From positions 58,710 to 122,709 of the forward strand of contig CAVUOI010000050.1 of the NCBI GenBank assembly GCA_963742935.1: a DNA stretch of 64,000 nt, in the 5' to 3' direction. The position numbers and the translations under genes were made by a program. The notes beneath the pieces were generated by a model, which did no database searches, was not told where the DNA came from, and saw nothing but the letters and a program-made list of their open reading frames with translations. Below, one piece after another: positions 14,183-24,983 of the stretch. Source of the stretch: an uncultured Alphaproteobacteria bacterium (lineage in GTDB: Bacteria; Pseudomonadota; Alphaproteobacteria; Rhizobiales; Xanthobacteraceae). The first letter of the stretch is position 1, and every line of letters starts with the position of its first letter.

Positions 14183-14218
14183 GGCGTTCTCCTGAAGTGC
14201 GTGATGCGGGTGATGCGG

Positions 14219-14443
14219 TCAGGCCGGCAAATGCGCTTCGAATTCGGAGATCGCCTTGTTGGCGAGCCGGATCTTGTTGAATTCGCCGCGCTGGACCATC
14301 TTCACGATGATCTCGAGCAACCGTTCGTCCGGAGCAGCGCTATCCGCAATGGCCCCGGTCCCGTGCAGGTAGTTCGACGCGATGGCGTAGGCGTCGCCCA
14401 CCACTTCGAAGTTCATCACCTGAATTCCGCGCTCGACCAGCAT
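14219..14443 (-). CDS. Small hypothetical protein (74 aa, MLVERGIQVMNF...NKIRLANKAI)
   Basis: AGGTGA RBS-like site, GC3-rich, preceded by EcfG-type promoter. Confidence 0.7.
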   Translation of the reverse strand: MLVERGIQVMNFEVVGDAYAIASNYLHGTGAIADSAAPDERLLEIIVKMVQRGEFNKIRLANKAISEFEAHLPA

Positions 14444-14471
14444 GCTTTCACCTGTTCCGTGACAGGCCCTC

Positions 14472-14496
14472 AATGCACGAAGGTCGCGATGGTTCC
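14472..14496 (-). promoter_or_regulatory. Sigma-EcfG-type promoter
   Basis: Minus strand GGAAC-catcgcgaccttcgtg(16)-CATT, 28 nt upstream of ATG 14443. Confidence 0.6.
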
Positions 14497-14562
14497 ATCC
14501 GGCGAAACCGGCCAGGAAAAAACCATGGTTCTGGCGGGGAAAGCCCGCGAGGCCGCCTGATT

Positions 14563-15660
14563 TCACATCGAAATCGGCAATTCGGTCTCGGGATCAAAGA
14601 AATGCAGGCGGCCCGGCTGCGCCGAGAGGCGGACCTGGTCGCCGCGCGCGATCACGGTTTCGGCCGGCACGCGGGCGGCGGTGACGGTGGCGCCGCCTAC
14701 CCTCGTCTCCAGCAGGATCTCGGAGCCAAGCTGCTCGACCACCTCGACCCGGGCATCGAAGCCGAGGCCCGGCGCGCCGTGACCGAGCACGAGGTGCTCC
14801 GGCCGTACGCCGAGGATTACGCGACGGTCGCTGTAGGTCGCCAGCGCCGGAGCATCCGCGAGCCCGACCGTGAGCCGCAGACCTTCGGCCTCAACCGACG
14901 TCACACCGGCCGCGCTTCGCACGGTGACATCGATAAAATTCATCGCGGGCGCGCCGATGAAGCCCGCGACGAACTTGTTGGCCGGCTTGCCGTAGACCTG
15001 CAGGGGGCTGCCGATCTGCTGAACCCTGCCGTCGCGCATGATGACGACGCGGTCGCCGAGCGTCATGGCCTCGACCTGATCGTGGGTCACGAACACAGAT
15101 GTGGTCGGTATGGCCGCATGCAGGCGCTTGATCTCGATTCGCATCTGGGCGCGCAGCTTGGCGTCCAGGTTTGACAGCGGCTCGTCGAACAAGAAGACCT
15201 GCGGATTGCGCACGATGCAGCGGCCGAGCGCAACGCGCTGCTGCTGGCCGCCGGACAATTGCTTCGGCTTGCGCTGGAGCAGCTCATGCAGGCCGAGCAT
15301 GCCGGCAGCGCGATCGATCGCCGCCTTGATCTCGGACTCCGGCGTCTTCTTGTTGCGCAGGCCGAAGGCCAGATTGTCGTAGACGCTCATGTGCTGGTAG
15401 AGCGCGTAGTTCTGGAACACCATGGCGATGTCGCGGTCGCGCGGCGGCAGGTGATTGACCACCTTGTCGCCGATCCGGATGTCGCCGCTGGAGATGTCTT
15501 CCAGGCCCGCGATCATGCGCAGCGTCGTCGACTTGCCGCAGCCGGACGGGCCGACCAGCGCCACGAACTCCTTGTCGGCAATCTCCAGATCGACGTCCTT
15601 TACGGCATGGAAGACCGAGCCATAGTGCTTGTTCAGCTTTTGCAGTGAGATCGCTGCCAT
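14563..15660 (-). CDS. Carbohydrate ABC transporter ATP-binding protein (MalK/UgpC-like)
   Basis: GPSGCGKST, LSGGQQQR, FLFDEPLSNLD, C-terminal TOBE domain. Confidence 0.93.
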   Translation of the reverse strand: MAAISLQKLNKHYGSVFHAVKDVDLEIADKEFVALVGPSGCGKSTTLRMIAGLEDISSGDIRIGDKVVNHLPPRDRDIAMVFQNYALYQHMSVYDNLAFGLRNKKTPESEIKAAIDRAAGMLGLHELLQRKPKQLSGGQQQRVALGRCIVRNPQVFLFDEPLSNLDAKLRAQMRIEIKRLHAAIPTTSVFVTHDQVEAMTLGDRVVIMRDGRVQQIGSPLQVYGKPANKFVAGFIGAPAMNFIDVTVRSAAGVTSVEAEGLRLTVGLADAPALATYSDRRVILGVRPEHLVLGHGAPGLGFDARVEVVEQLGSEILLETRVGGATVTAARVPAETVIARGDQVRLSAQPGRLHFFDPETELPISM

Positions 15661-15694
15661 TGCCCCCGCCGTTACCCGAACCTGAAGCTCGTTT

Positions 15695-15724
15695 AAAAAA
15701 CCCGCCGCGCGGTGACGCGGCGGG
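15695..15724 (-). terminator. Intra-operon terminator/stabiliser between SBP and ATPase genes
   Basis: Minus strand CCCGCCGCG-tcaccg-CGCGGCGGG-TTTTTT. Confidence 0.7.
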
Positions 15725-15739
15725 CTGTCGCGTTCGTGA

Positions 15740-17024
15740 TTACTGCGCGGCCTTGCTGACCAGCGGCGCACCTTCGGCCAGCACCTTCGCGATATCCTCG
15801 CGCTTGCCGGTGACGGCCCTGGTGACGGTGTCGTTGAACGCCTTGTGCACGGCGGGCCATTGCGGGAAATAATACGCGCCGCGCACCTTGTCCGGCGAAT
15901 CCAGCACCGATTCCTTCAACAGCTTCATGAAGGAATCTTCCGCTGCGATTTCCGCCCAGAACTCGGTGTTGGGCGGCGGCGCGCCGGTCGCCTTGAACAT
16001 CTTCTTCTGGCCTTCCTTGTCCAGCATCATGGCTTCGAGCATTTCCTTGGCGAGCTTCTTGCGCTCCGGCGGATCGACTTCGGGATCGCCCAGCCCCAGA
16101 TGTCGTCCCAGGCGAACGGCTTTGCCCGGTTCGGACCGAGCGGAAAGCGCGCGGCCGCGACCTTGCCGGCCACCTTGGATTTGACCGGGTCGTTGAACGT
16201 GCCCCACCACAGCGAGTCGGCGACGGTGAACGCGGCATCGCCCGACATGAAGATGGCGTTGGCCTCGTTGCGGTCATAGGCGGGCATGCCGCGCGGCGAG
16301 ATCTTGTGGGTGTTGATCGCATCCCACCAGTATTCGACGGTCTGCTGCATGCAGGGCTCGGTCATGCCGGACTTCCATCCGTTGGCGGCAAGCACCTTGT
16401 TGTCGCGCTCATAGGCCGGCAGCAGCACGTCGCAATTGTTGCCCCACATCGACCAGAACCAGCTGAACCAGCTGTGGTTCATCGCCATGCCGCCGACATA
16501 GCCGAACTTCACCTTGCCGTCGGCCTGCAGCTTCTTGCTCGCGGTCACGAGTTCCGCCAGCGTCTTCGGCACCTCTTCGGGCTTCACCAGATCGGAGCGG
16601 TAGAAGAACACGCTGAAAGTCTGGCCCATCGGCACGACGGTGTTCTGGCCCTGCGCGTTGCCGAACACGATCTTGTCCATGCCCCACTTCTCGGCGAACT
16701 TGTTGGCGGCGACGTCGTCGGTCGGCTCCAGCAGATGCGCCCAGGTCTGGCCCCAATCGTCATTGTGCCAGATCACGTCGTACTGATCGGAGTTCGAGGT
16801 CAGCGACGCCGTCATCTTCTCGACATAGACGCCGTAGGAGTTCGGCACCTTGACGATCTTGATGCCGTTCTTGGCGCCCCAGGTCTCGAACATCGCGATC
16901 GAGGCATCCTGGATCGGGCTCGGCTGGTAGCCGATCCGCAACTCCTTCACCTGTGCGGCGGCGCTCCCGTCGCAGCCACGAGGGCCGCGGTCGCGGCCAC
17001 CAACCATCTCGCCAGTCCCTGCAT
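15740..17024 (-). CDS. Carbohydrate ABC transporter extracellular solute-binding protein (frameshifts ~16965 and ~16072)
   Basis: GAGGAGGAG RBS, signal MQGLARWLVAATAALVAATG, then AAAQVKELRIG...WGWAIPKS, then PPERKKLA...KAAQ in different frames. Confidence 0.82.
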
Positions 17025-17069
17025 CGCCTCTCCTCCTCGTTTTTGTTGTTGTCGTTGTCTTCCTCCGCC

Positions 17070-17905
17070 TTAGATCCTCAAACCCCGGATCACGTATTTC
17101 TGGCCGAACAGCGCGACCAGGAAGGCCGGCACCAGCGCCATGACGGCGGTCGCCGCCATCAGATTCCAGCGCAGTCCCATTTCGGTGACGAACTGCGCCA
17201 TCACGACCGTGATCATCGGCACGCGGTTGCCGGTCAGGATCAGCGCGAACAGGAATTCGTTCCAGGTGAACAGCCAGCACAGCACGGCGAGCGCCGAGAT
17301 CGCCGGCAGCGCCGACGGCACCGCGACGCGGATGAAGGCGCCCCAGCGCGTGCAGCCGTCGATCATCGCGGCATATTCCATCGACGGGTCGATGCCGTCG
17401 AAGAAGCCCTTCATCAGCCAGGAGAAGAAGCAGATGTGCACCGCGATGTGCGGCAGCAGCAGGCCGATATAGGTGTCGTAGATGCCCCAGCTCTGCGTCA
17501 CGAAGTACAGCGGCAGCACCCACGAAATATAGGGCACGCAGCGGAACACATAGATGGTGCCGAACCACAGCCGCGAGGCCGGCCCGGTGAAGCGCGACAG
17601 CATGTAGCCGCTGGAGACCGTCACCAGCAGCGAGAAGACCGTCGCCAGCGTCGAGATCAGCGCGCTGTTGAAGAAGGCTGGACGATGCGCTCGTCGCTCA
17701 GCACCTCGGCGAAGCTCGCGAGCGTGAACTCAGTGCCGCGATGGACGTAATAGACGCCCGATTCCGGCCGCAGCGACGTCAGGATCAGCCACAGCACCGG
17801 AAAGGCGAACGCAAAGCAGATGAAAGCAAGCGCCAGCGCAAATAGCGTCTTGCGGCCGATCGGCGGCAGCCATGGCAGAAATTCGGAGCGCTTCACCATC
17901 GCCAT
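17070..17905 (-). CDS. Carbohydrate ABC transporter permease (MalG-like; frameshift ~17680)
   Basis: FAFPVLWLILTSLR; EAA-like MEYAAMIDGCT; FTWNEFLFALIL. Confidence 0.85.
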
Positions 17906-17909
17906 CGGA

Positions 17910-18827
17910 TCAGGCCTTCGCGATGCGGTCGACGAGGCGATAGAGCGCCACGCCGATCACGAGGATGATGAGCCCGCCGATGATGGCCGCGGCCGAGCCG
18001 CGGCCGAGATCGAGGTTGAGGAAGGCGAGGACGTAGGCATAGAGGCTGAACAGTTCGGTCGATCGCCCGGGCCCACCGCCGGTCAACGTCCACACGATGT
18101 CGAAGGTGCGGAAGGCATCGATGGCGCGGATCACGACGCAGACCACGATCACCGGGCGCAGCATCGGCAGCGTCAGGAAACGGAACACGCGCCACGTCGT
18201 GGTGCCGTCGATGGCGGCGGCCTCGAACGGCTCCTTCGGCAGGCTCTGCAGGCCGGCCAGCAGCAGCAGCGTGAACCACGGCGTCCACAGCCAGATGTCG
18301 GTCAGAAGGATGATGCCGAAGGCGCTCCAGCGCTGCACCAGCCAGGGCTGCCCTTCGAGGCCGATCGCCTCCAGCACCACGTTCACGATGCCGAACTGGT
18401 CGTTGAATATCCAGCGGATCATGATCGCGGCGATCACCGGCGCCACCATCAGCGGCACCAGCAGGATCGTCTGCACCAGCTTTTGCCCGCGAAACGGCCG
18501 GTTGAGCAGCAGCGCAAGCATCAGCCCCGTCACCAGCGCGCCGGCGACGCTGAGCACCATGAACAGGAAGGTGTTCGGCAGCACCATGTAGAGGAACGCC
18601 GGGTCGGACAGCACGGCGACATAGTGGTCGAAGCCGACCCAGGTCTTCTTGGGATTATAGAGCGCCCAGTCGCGGAAGCTGGCGTTGGCGCCGATCGCGA
18701 TCGGCACGACCTGAAACAGCAGCATCAACAGCGCAGCCGGCGCGATCAGAAGCAGCACGAAGCGCTGTTGCTCGCCGAACATGGGACGCCGCGATGCCGA
18801 CAAGCCCGTTTTCCCCACCCTGGGCAT
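17910..18827 (-). CDS. Carbohydrate ABC transporter permease (MalF-like)
   Basis: LAGLQSLP.EPFEAAAIDG, DAFRTFD..W.LTGGGPG; exact start uncertain. Confidence 0.9.
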   Translation of the reverse strand: MPRVGKTGLSASRRPMFGEQQRFVLLLIAPAALLMLLFQVVPIAIGANASFRDWALYNPKKTWVGFDHYVAVLSDPAFLYMVLPNTFLFMVLSVAGALVTGLMLALLLNRPFRGQKLVQTILLVPLMVAPVIAAIMIRWIFNDQFGIVNVVLEAIGLEGQPWLVQRWSAFGIILLTDIWLWTPWFTLLLLAGLQSLPKEPFEAAAIDGTTTWRVFRFLTLPMLRPVIVVCVVIRAIDAFRTFDIVWTLTGGGPGRSTELFSLYAYVLAFLNLDLGRGSAAAIIGGLIILVIGVALYRLVDRIAKA

Positions 18828-18903
18828 CAAGCCGTCACGACTCTTGTGGTCGGTACGTGCGAGGAGCCTGTGAGGGATTATGGGCGGAGCGTCGAAGGCT
18901 CGT

Positions 18904-18966
18904 CAATCCGGATTGTGAAGCACGATGGCGACAAATCGGATTGTGCGAGAGCACAATCGGATTGTG
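18904..18966. promoter_or_regulatory. Three operator-like palindromes upstream of the sugar ABC operon
   Basis: CAATCCGGATTG (18904-18915), ACAAATCGGATTGTG (18931-18945), perfect CACAATC-G-GATTGTG (18952-18966). Confidence 0.65.
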
Positions 18967-19156
18967 TGCCGGCAGGTCGATGGCATCAGCTCACGCAAAA
19001 CTTCAACTTAGATGCACGAAAAGCAAAACGCACCGAGCCCCGGAGAACCGGGGCCGGTGCGCTTCGAGCAAGGCTTACTGCCTTGCCAGTCCATTCTCCG
19101 CTATTGGCTGCCGGTCTTTTAAGTGGCCGGCTTGGCCGCAAGTCGGAAAGAAATTC

Positions 19157-19669
19157 TCAGAGGCGATACAGGATCTGGTCGGTCCAGAACCGCTCGAGGC
19201 GATGCAGCGACTTGTTCAGCGTCGCGAACTCATCGTTCGAAATGCCGCCGACCTGTTCAACGGTCTTGACGTGCTTCTGGTAGAGCGCGTCGACGATCTT
19301 GCGGATTTCCTGGCCCTGCGCCGTCAGGCGGATGCGGACCGAGCGGCGATCGACGCGGGAGCGCTGATGATCGAGGAAGCCGAGCTCGACGAGCTTCTTC
19401 AGATTATAAGAGACGTTGGAGCCGAGGTAGTAACCGCGCGTGCGCAGTTCGCCCGCGGTCAGCTCCTTGTCGCCGATGTTATAGAGCAGCAATGCCTGCA
19501 CCGAATTGATGTCGGCGCGGCCGCGGCGATCGAATTCGTCTTTGATGACGTCGAGCAGTCGGCGATGCAGACGTTCCACCAACGTCAGCGCTTCCAGATA
19601 GAGCGGCTGTACCGGAGCTCCGGCAGTGTGCTCAGCGGTTTCCACCGCCGTTGCAACGGCTTTGATCAT
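19157..19669 (-). CDS. ldtR: MarR-family transcriptional regulator, LdtR-like
   Basis: LVERLHRRLLDVIKDEF, ELTAGELRTRGYYLGSNVSYNLKKL, RFWTDQILYRL; glyA-hemB neighbourhood typical of Rhizobiales. Confidence 0.85.
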   Translation of the reverse strand: MIKAVATAVETAEHTAGAPVQPLYLEALTLVERLHRRLLDVIKDEFDRRGRADINSVQALLLYNIGDKELTAGELRTRGYYLGSNVSYNLKKLVELGFLDHQRSRVDRRSVRIRLTAQGQEIRKIVDALYQKHVKTVEQVGGISNDEFATLNKSLHRLERFWTDQILYRL

Positions 19670-20116
19670 GACACTTCCCCTGTCGTCGTTTTTCGACTTA
19701 TTTCGACGAAACTTCTGTCCCGCCTGATAGGTTCAACTTAAGGGGGCGGTTTGAACATCCGCTTAAATAAGAGAATAAAGAGATCATGAATTTAACAGAG
19801 TGAATTGTCGATTAAGCCCCGTGGATCAAGGCCTTTTGCAATATTTCATTGACGCTGGAAGGGCGATGTTCACGCTTCGTCTGCGGCCCCTGTCGCATTC
19901 GGAAACAGGTCCGTCTAAAATCGAAACGCTCGCGTAAGGTGTGTGGTAAATCCGTTTACGGCCCTTAACGGTGACTGAAACGTTACCGGAAAGATTTTTG
20001 AAAATTTTGCTGGATCGCGTGGCAGTTTCTCTACGCGATACGAATTATGGCGGGAAACTGACACGCTGGCGCGGCGGTGCTACTCTACTCCTCTCGCGGG
20101 CAAGGTTGATGGAAGT

Positions 20117-20575
20117 CTACGGCGGCCGTTCGCGCGCGGCCATCCAGGCAAGCGCAAGGTACGCCGCCAGCATCACGGCTTCGAATCCCACCACCGTGAG
20201 GCTGCCGCCATAGATGCCGGGAAACATCAGTTCGATAACCGCCATCGACACCACGGTGGTGAGCCACACCACCGCGCCCCAGGGCGTCGCGAGCCACAGG
20301 CCGACAGCGCCGACGAGTTCGATCACGGCGAAATAGACGGTGGCGGTCTGCCAGGCCATCGACTGGTTCTCGAACGCCTCTTCCTCGCCGCCGATGAATC
20401 CCGTCACCTGCGCCCAGTGGTACAGTCCCTTGCCGATCGAGATGACGGCCATGACGCGCAGGAACATGACCAGGCGGCGCGTCCATACATTCTCGTCGGG
20501 CTCGATCCGCTCCGACGACATCGCCGCCATCGACATCGCGCTGTCCCGCCCCTGATCCCGCGAGGCGTCGGACAT
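20117..20575 (-). CDS. Membrane protein, DUF6163-like
   Basis: Four TM segments, AVGLWLATPWGAVVWL; located between ldtR and hemB. Confidence 0.75.
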   Translation of the reverse strand: MSDASRDQGRDSAMSMAAMSSERIEPDENVWTRRLVMFLRVMAVISIGKGLYHWAQVTGFIGGEEEAFENQSMAWQTATVYFAVIELVGAVGLWLATPWGAVVWLTTVVSMAVIELMFPGIYGGSLTVVGFEAVMLAAYLALAWMAARERPP

Positions 20576-20709
20576 AGGTGTCGGCCTCGGATGGGGTCGA
20601 TGCGTGGTTCGGTGTTCTCATGGCTACCTGTCTTGGCCCGCCGGGACGGCAAAATCAATTGCCGATGAGACCATCAAGTCTCGGTGACGGCACCGCCGCA
20701 AGGTGCTAG

Positions 20710-21819
<1,110 letters not shown>

Positions 21820-21827
21820 CTATCCGT

Positions 21828-21946
21828 CGTCGTCCCGGCGAAGGCCGGGACCCATAACCTCCGTCGTGCATCGTAGCAAAGAGAACTTGCCCCATTCCTC
21901 AATGGATAGGCTGCGGCGTATGGATCCCGGCCTTCGCCGGGACGAC
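21828..21946. repeat. CGTC-type REP/RPE-like palindromic element
   Basis: CGTCGTCCCGGCGAAGGCCGGGACCCATA...TATGGATCCCGGCCTTCGCCGGGACGAC. Confidence 0.85.
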
Positions 21947-22069
21947 AACATCATGCTTTCGCCAGCTCACTCGCACCTGCACAATATTGCACGCTGTTAA
22001 TGGTCGCAGGCCTCTTGGCGGCAGCGCGGACGGTTCCCATGTTTGCCTCGGGATATCGGAGGACGGACC

Positions 22070-22642
22070 ATGTCTTATAGCGGCTCTCGCAATAGTGGCG
22101 GCGGCTCATCAAATGCTGGCGGCGCCTGGCGGAGCGACGGCGGGGTGCCGCCGCATGCGTTCGATCCGGATTTGCAGCCGGAACTGTTTCGCGGCGTGCT
22201 GACGCGGCGGGTGTTTGCATTCCTGATCGACCTCGTCGTGCTGTCGGTGCCCGTCATCCTCGGTTACATCTTCATCGCCGTGTTCGGCGTGATCACGCTC
22301 GGGCTGGGCTGGATGCTGTTCTGGCTGGCGTGGCCGGCCACCATCGTGTGGGCGATCGTCTATTACGGCGCCTCGATCGGCGGGCCGCATTCGGCCACCA
22401 TGGGCATGCGCGCGATGGATCTGGAGGTGCGCACCTGGTACGGCGCCCCCGGCTACTTCGTGCTCGGCGCCTGCCATGCCGTGCTGTACTGGATTTCGAT
22501 GACATTCCTGACGCCGCTGGTGCTCTTGATCGGGCTGTTCAACGGCCGCCGCCGGCTGCTGCACGACATCATCCTGGGAACCGTGGTCATCAACAGCTCG
22601 GTTCGTACCCAGGTAGTTCCCTCGGCCCGGAGCAGCTACTGA
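22070..22642 (+). CDS. RDD family membrane protein
   Basis: GGAGG RBS; RRVFAFLID, ATMGMR, RRLLHDII. Confidence 0.88.
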   Translation: MSYSGSRNSGGGSSNAGGAWRSDGGVPPHAFDPDLQPELFRGVLTRRVFAFLIDLVVLSVPVILGYIFIAVFGVITLGLGWMLFWLAWPATIVWAIVYYGASIGGPHSATMGMRAMDLEVRTWYGAPGYFVLGACHAVLYWISMTFLTPLVLLIGLFNGRRRLLHDIILGTVVINSSVRTQVVPSARSSY

Positions 22643-22840
22643 GCGAGCCGTAAACTGTAGTCGCAAACTGTAATTGACGGTCGGCCCTGGCGGCGCGATG
22701 CTGTGGTTGGTCAGGCCCGGAATTGTATTTGGGCCGGACCGGCTCTTTTTTCGTTTTGATGCGTTTTCTTAACGCGGACCGGTGTCTACTTGGGCGCGGA
22801 AACGCTATGGTTGATTGTTTCGGAGGACTGACGACCCCTC

Positions 22841-23617
22841 GTGACCCAGCATTCGCGTGACACCCCGCAATTCTATCTGACGGCGCCCTCGCCTTGCCCC
22901 TATCTGCCGGGCCGGCACGAGCGCAAGGTGTTCACACATCTGGTCGGCGAAAAGGCCGGCGATCTCAACGACCTCCTGACCCATGGCGGCTTCCGGCGCA
23001 GCCAGTCGATCGCCTACCGCCCGGCCTGCGACCAGTGCCGGGCCTGCGTCTCCGTGCGTGTGGTCGCCAACGAATTCCGCCCTTCGCGCAATTTCAAGAA
23101 GGTGTTGGCGCGCAATGCCGACATCGTCGGCGAGCAGCGCAGTGCGGTGCCGACTTCCGAACAATATTCAGTGTTCCGCGCCTATCTCGACAAGCGGCAC
23201 CGCCACGGCGGCATGGCCGACATGACCGTGCTCGATTACGCCATGATGGTGGAAGACAGCCATGTCGAAACCCGCATCATCGAATACCGCAAGCGCGGCA
23301 TCGATACCGGCATCACCGGCCGCGGCGAAGAACTGATCGCGGTGGCGCTGACCGACGTGCTCAGCGACGGGCTGTCGATGGTGTATTCGTTCTTCGAGCC
23401 GTCGCAGCAGAGCCGCTCGCTCGGCACCTTCATGATCCTCGACCACATCACCCGCGCCCGCAGGCTCGGGCTGCCCTATGTCTATCTCGGCTACTGGATC
23501 GAAGGCTCCAAGAAGATGGACTACAAGGGCCGCTTCCTGCCGCAACAGCGGCTGGCGCCGTCAGGCTGGCTGCGGATCGACGCATCGGGCGAGATGCTGT
23601 CCGAGCCGCAGGAGTAG
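22841..23617 (+). CDS. Arginyltransferase / Bpt-type aminoacyl-tRNA-protein transferase
   Basis: [49 protein letters not shown]. Confidence 0.92.
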   Translation: MTQHSRDTPQFYLTAPSPCPYLPGRHERKVFTHLVGEKAGDLNDLLTHGGFRRSQSIAYRPACDQCRACVSVRVVANEFRPSRNFKKVLARNADIVGEQRSAVPTSEQYSVFRAYLDKRHRHGGMADMTVLDYAMMVEDSHVETRIIEYRKRGIDTGITGRGEELIAVALTDVLSDGLSMVYSFFEPSQQSRSLGTFMILDHITRARRLGLPYVYLGYWIEGSKKMDYKGRFLPQQRLAPSGWLRIDASGEMLSEPQE

Positions 23618-23693
23618 TCTTCTTCCGTCACCGGCCATGAAAGTCGGTGACGGGATTAGCCACCGAGGCTATCCCTTCACCGAGATCAGCAGA

Positions 23694-24905
23694 TCAAGAC
23701 TTCTTCATCAGCGGACATTTGCTCTGGTCGCGCGGAATGTTGGCGTCGTCGGCCGGAACGGTTGCGACGACGTCATAAAAATCCCACGGCCCTTTGGATT
23801 GCTCCACGGTCTTTGCCCGCAGCAGGTAGTAATCGTGGATGTGCATGCCGTCCTCGCGGACGTAGCCCTTTTCCGAGAAGAAGTCGTTCACCGGCAACGA
23901 ACGGAATTTTGCGAGCACCGCCGCCGTGTCGAGCGTGCCGGCCGCTTCGACAGCCTTCAGATAGTGCAAAGTCGCCGAGTACATTCCGGCCTGCACCATG
24001 GTCGGCATGCGCCCAACCTTGTCGAAGAAGCGCTTGCCGAACGCGCGCGAGGCGTCATTTCGATCCCAGTAAAACGCCTCCGACGTGAACAGGCCCTGCA
24101 GGTTCTTGAGCCCCACGGACTTGGCATCGGTGATCTGGAACAGCAGCGCGGCGACCTTCATCTTGCTCTTCTGGCCGAGCAAGCCGAACTCGTGAGCTTG
24201 CATGAGCGAGTTGGAAGTATCCCCGCTGGCATTGGCGAGCGCCAGCACGTTGGCACCGGAGCTCTGGGCCTGCAGTAGAAACGACGAGAAGTCGCTGGTG
24301 TTGAAGGGATGGCGCACCGAACCGACGACCTTGCCGCCTGACGCCTTGACCACGGCGGAGGCATCCGCTTCGAAGGCGTGACCGAAGGCGTAATCCGCGG
24401 TCAGGAAGAACCAATCGTTGCCGCCCTGCCCCAGCAATGCCTTGGCCGTGCTGCGCGCCAGCGTGGCAGTATTATACGTCCACTGGAAGGTGTTGGGAGA
24501 GCACTTTTCATTCGTGATCGTCGAAGCGCCCGCCGACGACACGATCATGATCTTGCTCTTGTCGCGGACCAGATCGGAAAGCGCCAGCGCGACCGCGGAG
24601 TTTCCGATATCGAGAATGGCGTCGACGTTTTCCGTGTCGATCCACCTTCTGGCGATACCCGACGCGATATCCGCCTTGTTCTGATGATCCGCGAAAATGA
24701 GTTCGATCGGTTGACCCAGCAACTTGCCGCCGAAGTCGGCGACCGCCATTCTGGCGACTTCGACGGACGCAGGCCCGGCGGCATCGGCATATTGGCCCGA
24801 CTGGTCGTTGAGGACGCCAAGCTTGACCGGCTTCGACGGCGCGGTCTGCGCGTGCGCGGAAGTCAGACCTAGAAACACAATCAACGATGTCAGCATTTTT
24901 TTCAT
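23694..24905 (-). CDS. ABC transporter substrate-binding protein, leucine-binding (PBP type 1) family; no cognate permeases adjacent
   Basis: KLGVLNDQSG.YAD, ADHQNKADI, WFFLTADYAFG, VRHPFNTSDFSSFLLQAQ. Confidence 0.9.
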   Translation of the reverse strand: MKKMLTSLIVFLGLTSAHAQTAPSKPVKLGVLNDQSGQYADAAGPASVEVARMAVADFGGKLLGQPIELIFADHQNKADIASGIARRWIDTENVDAILDIGNSAVALALSDLVRDKSKIMIVSSAGASTITNEKCSPNTFQWTYNTATLARSTAKALLGQGGNDWFFLTADYAFGHAFEADASAVVKASGGKVVGSVRHPFNTSDFSSFLLQAQSSGANVLALANASGDTSNSLMQAHEFGLLGQKSKMKVAALLFQITDAKSVGLKNLQGLFTSEAFYWDRNDASRAFGKRFFDKVGRMPTMVQAGMYSATLHYLKAVEAAGTLDTAAVLAKFRSLPVNDFFSEKGYVREDGMHIHDYYLLRAKTVEQSKGPWDFYDVVATVPADDANIPRDQSKCPLMKKS

Positions 24906-24983
24906 TTTACGTTCTCCCTTTGGAATTGATCGACAGTTGAAATAACGGGCGCCTCGGCCTTGATGGCGGCATCAGCTCTCATC

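Noticed and set aside
19730-19975. CtrA boxes in the ldtR upstream region
   Set aside because: Several TTAA half-sites, but none with exact TTAA-N7-TTAA spacing.
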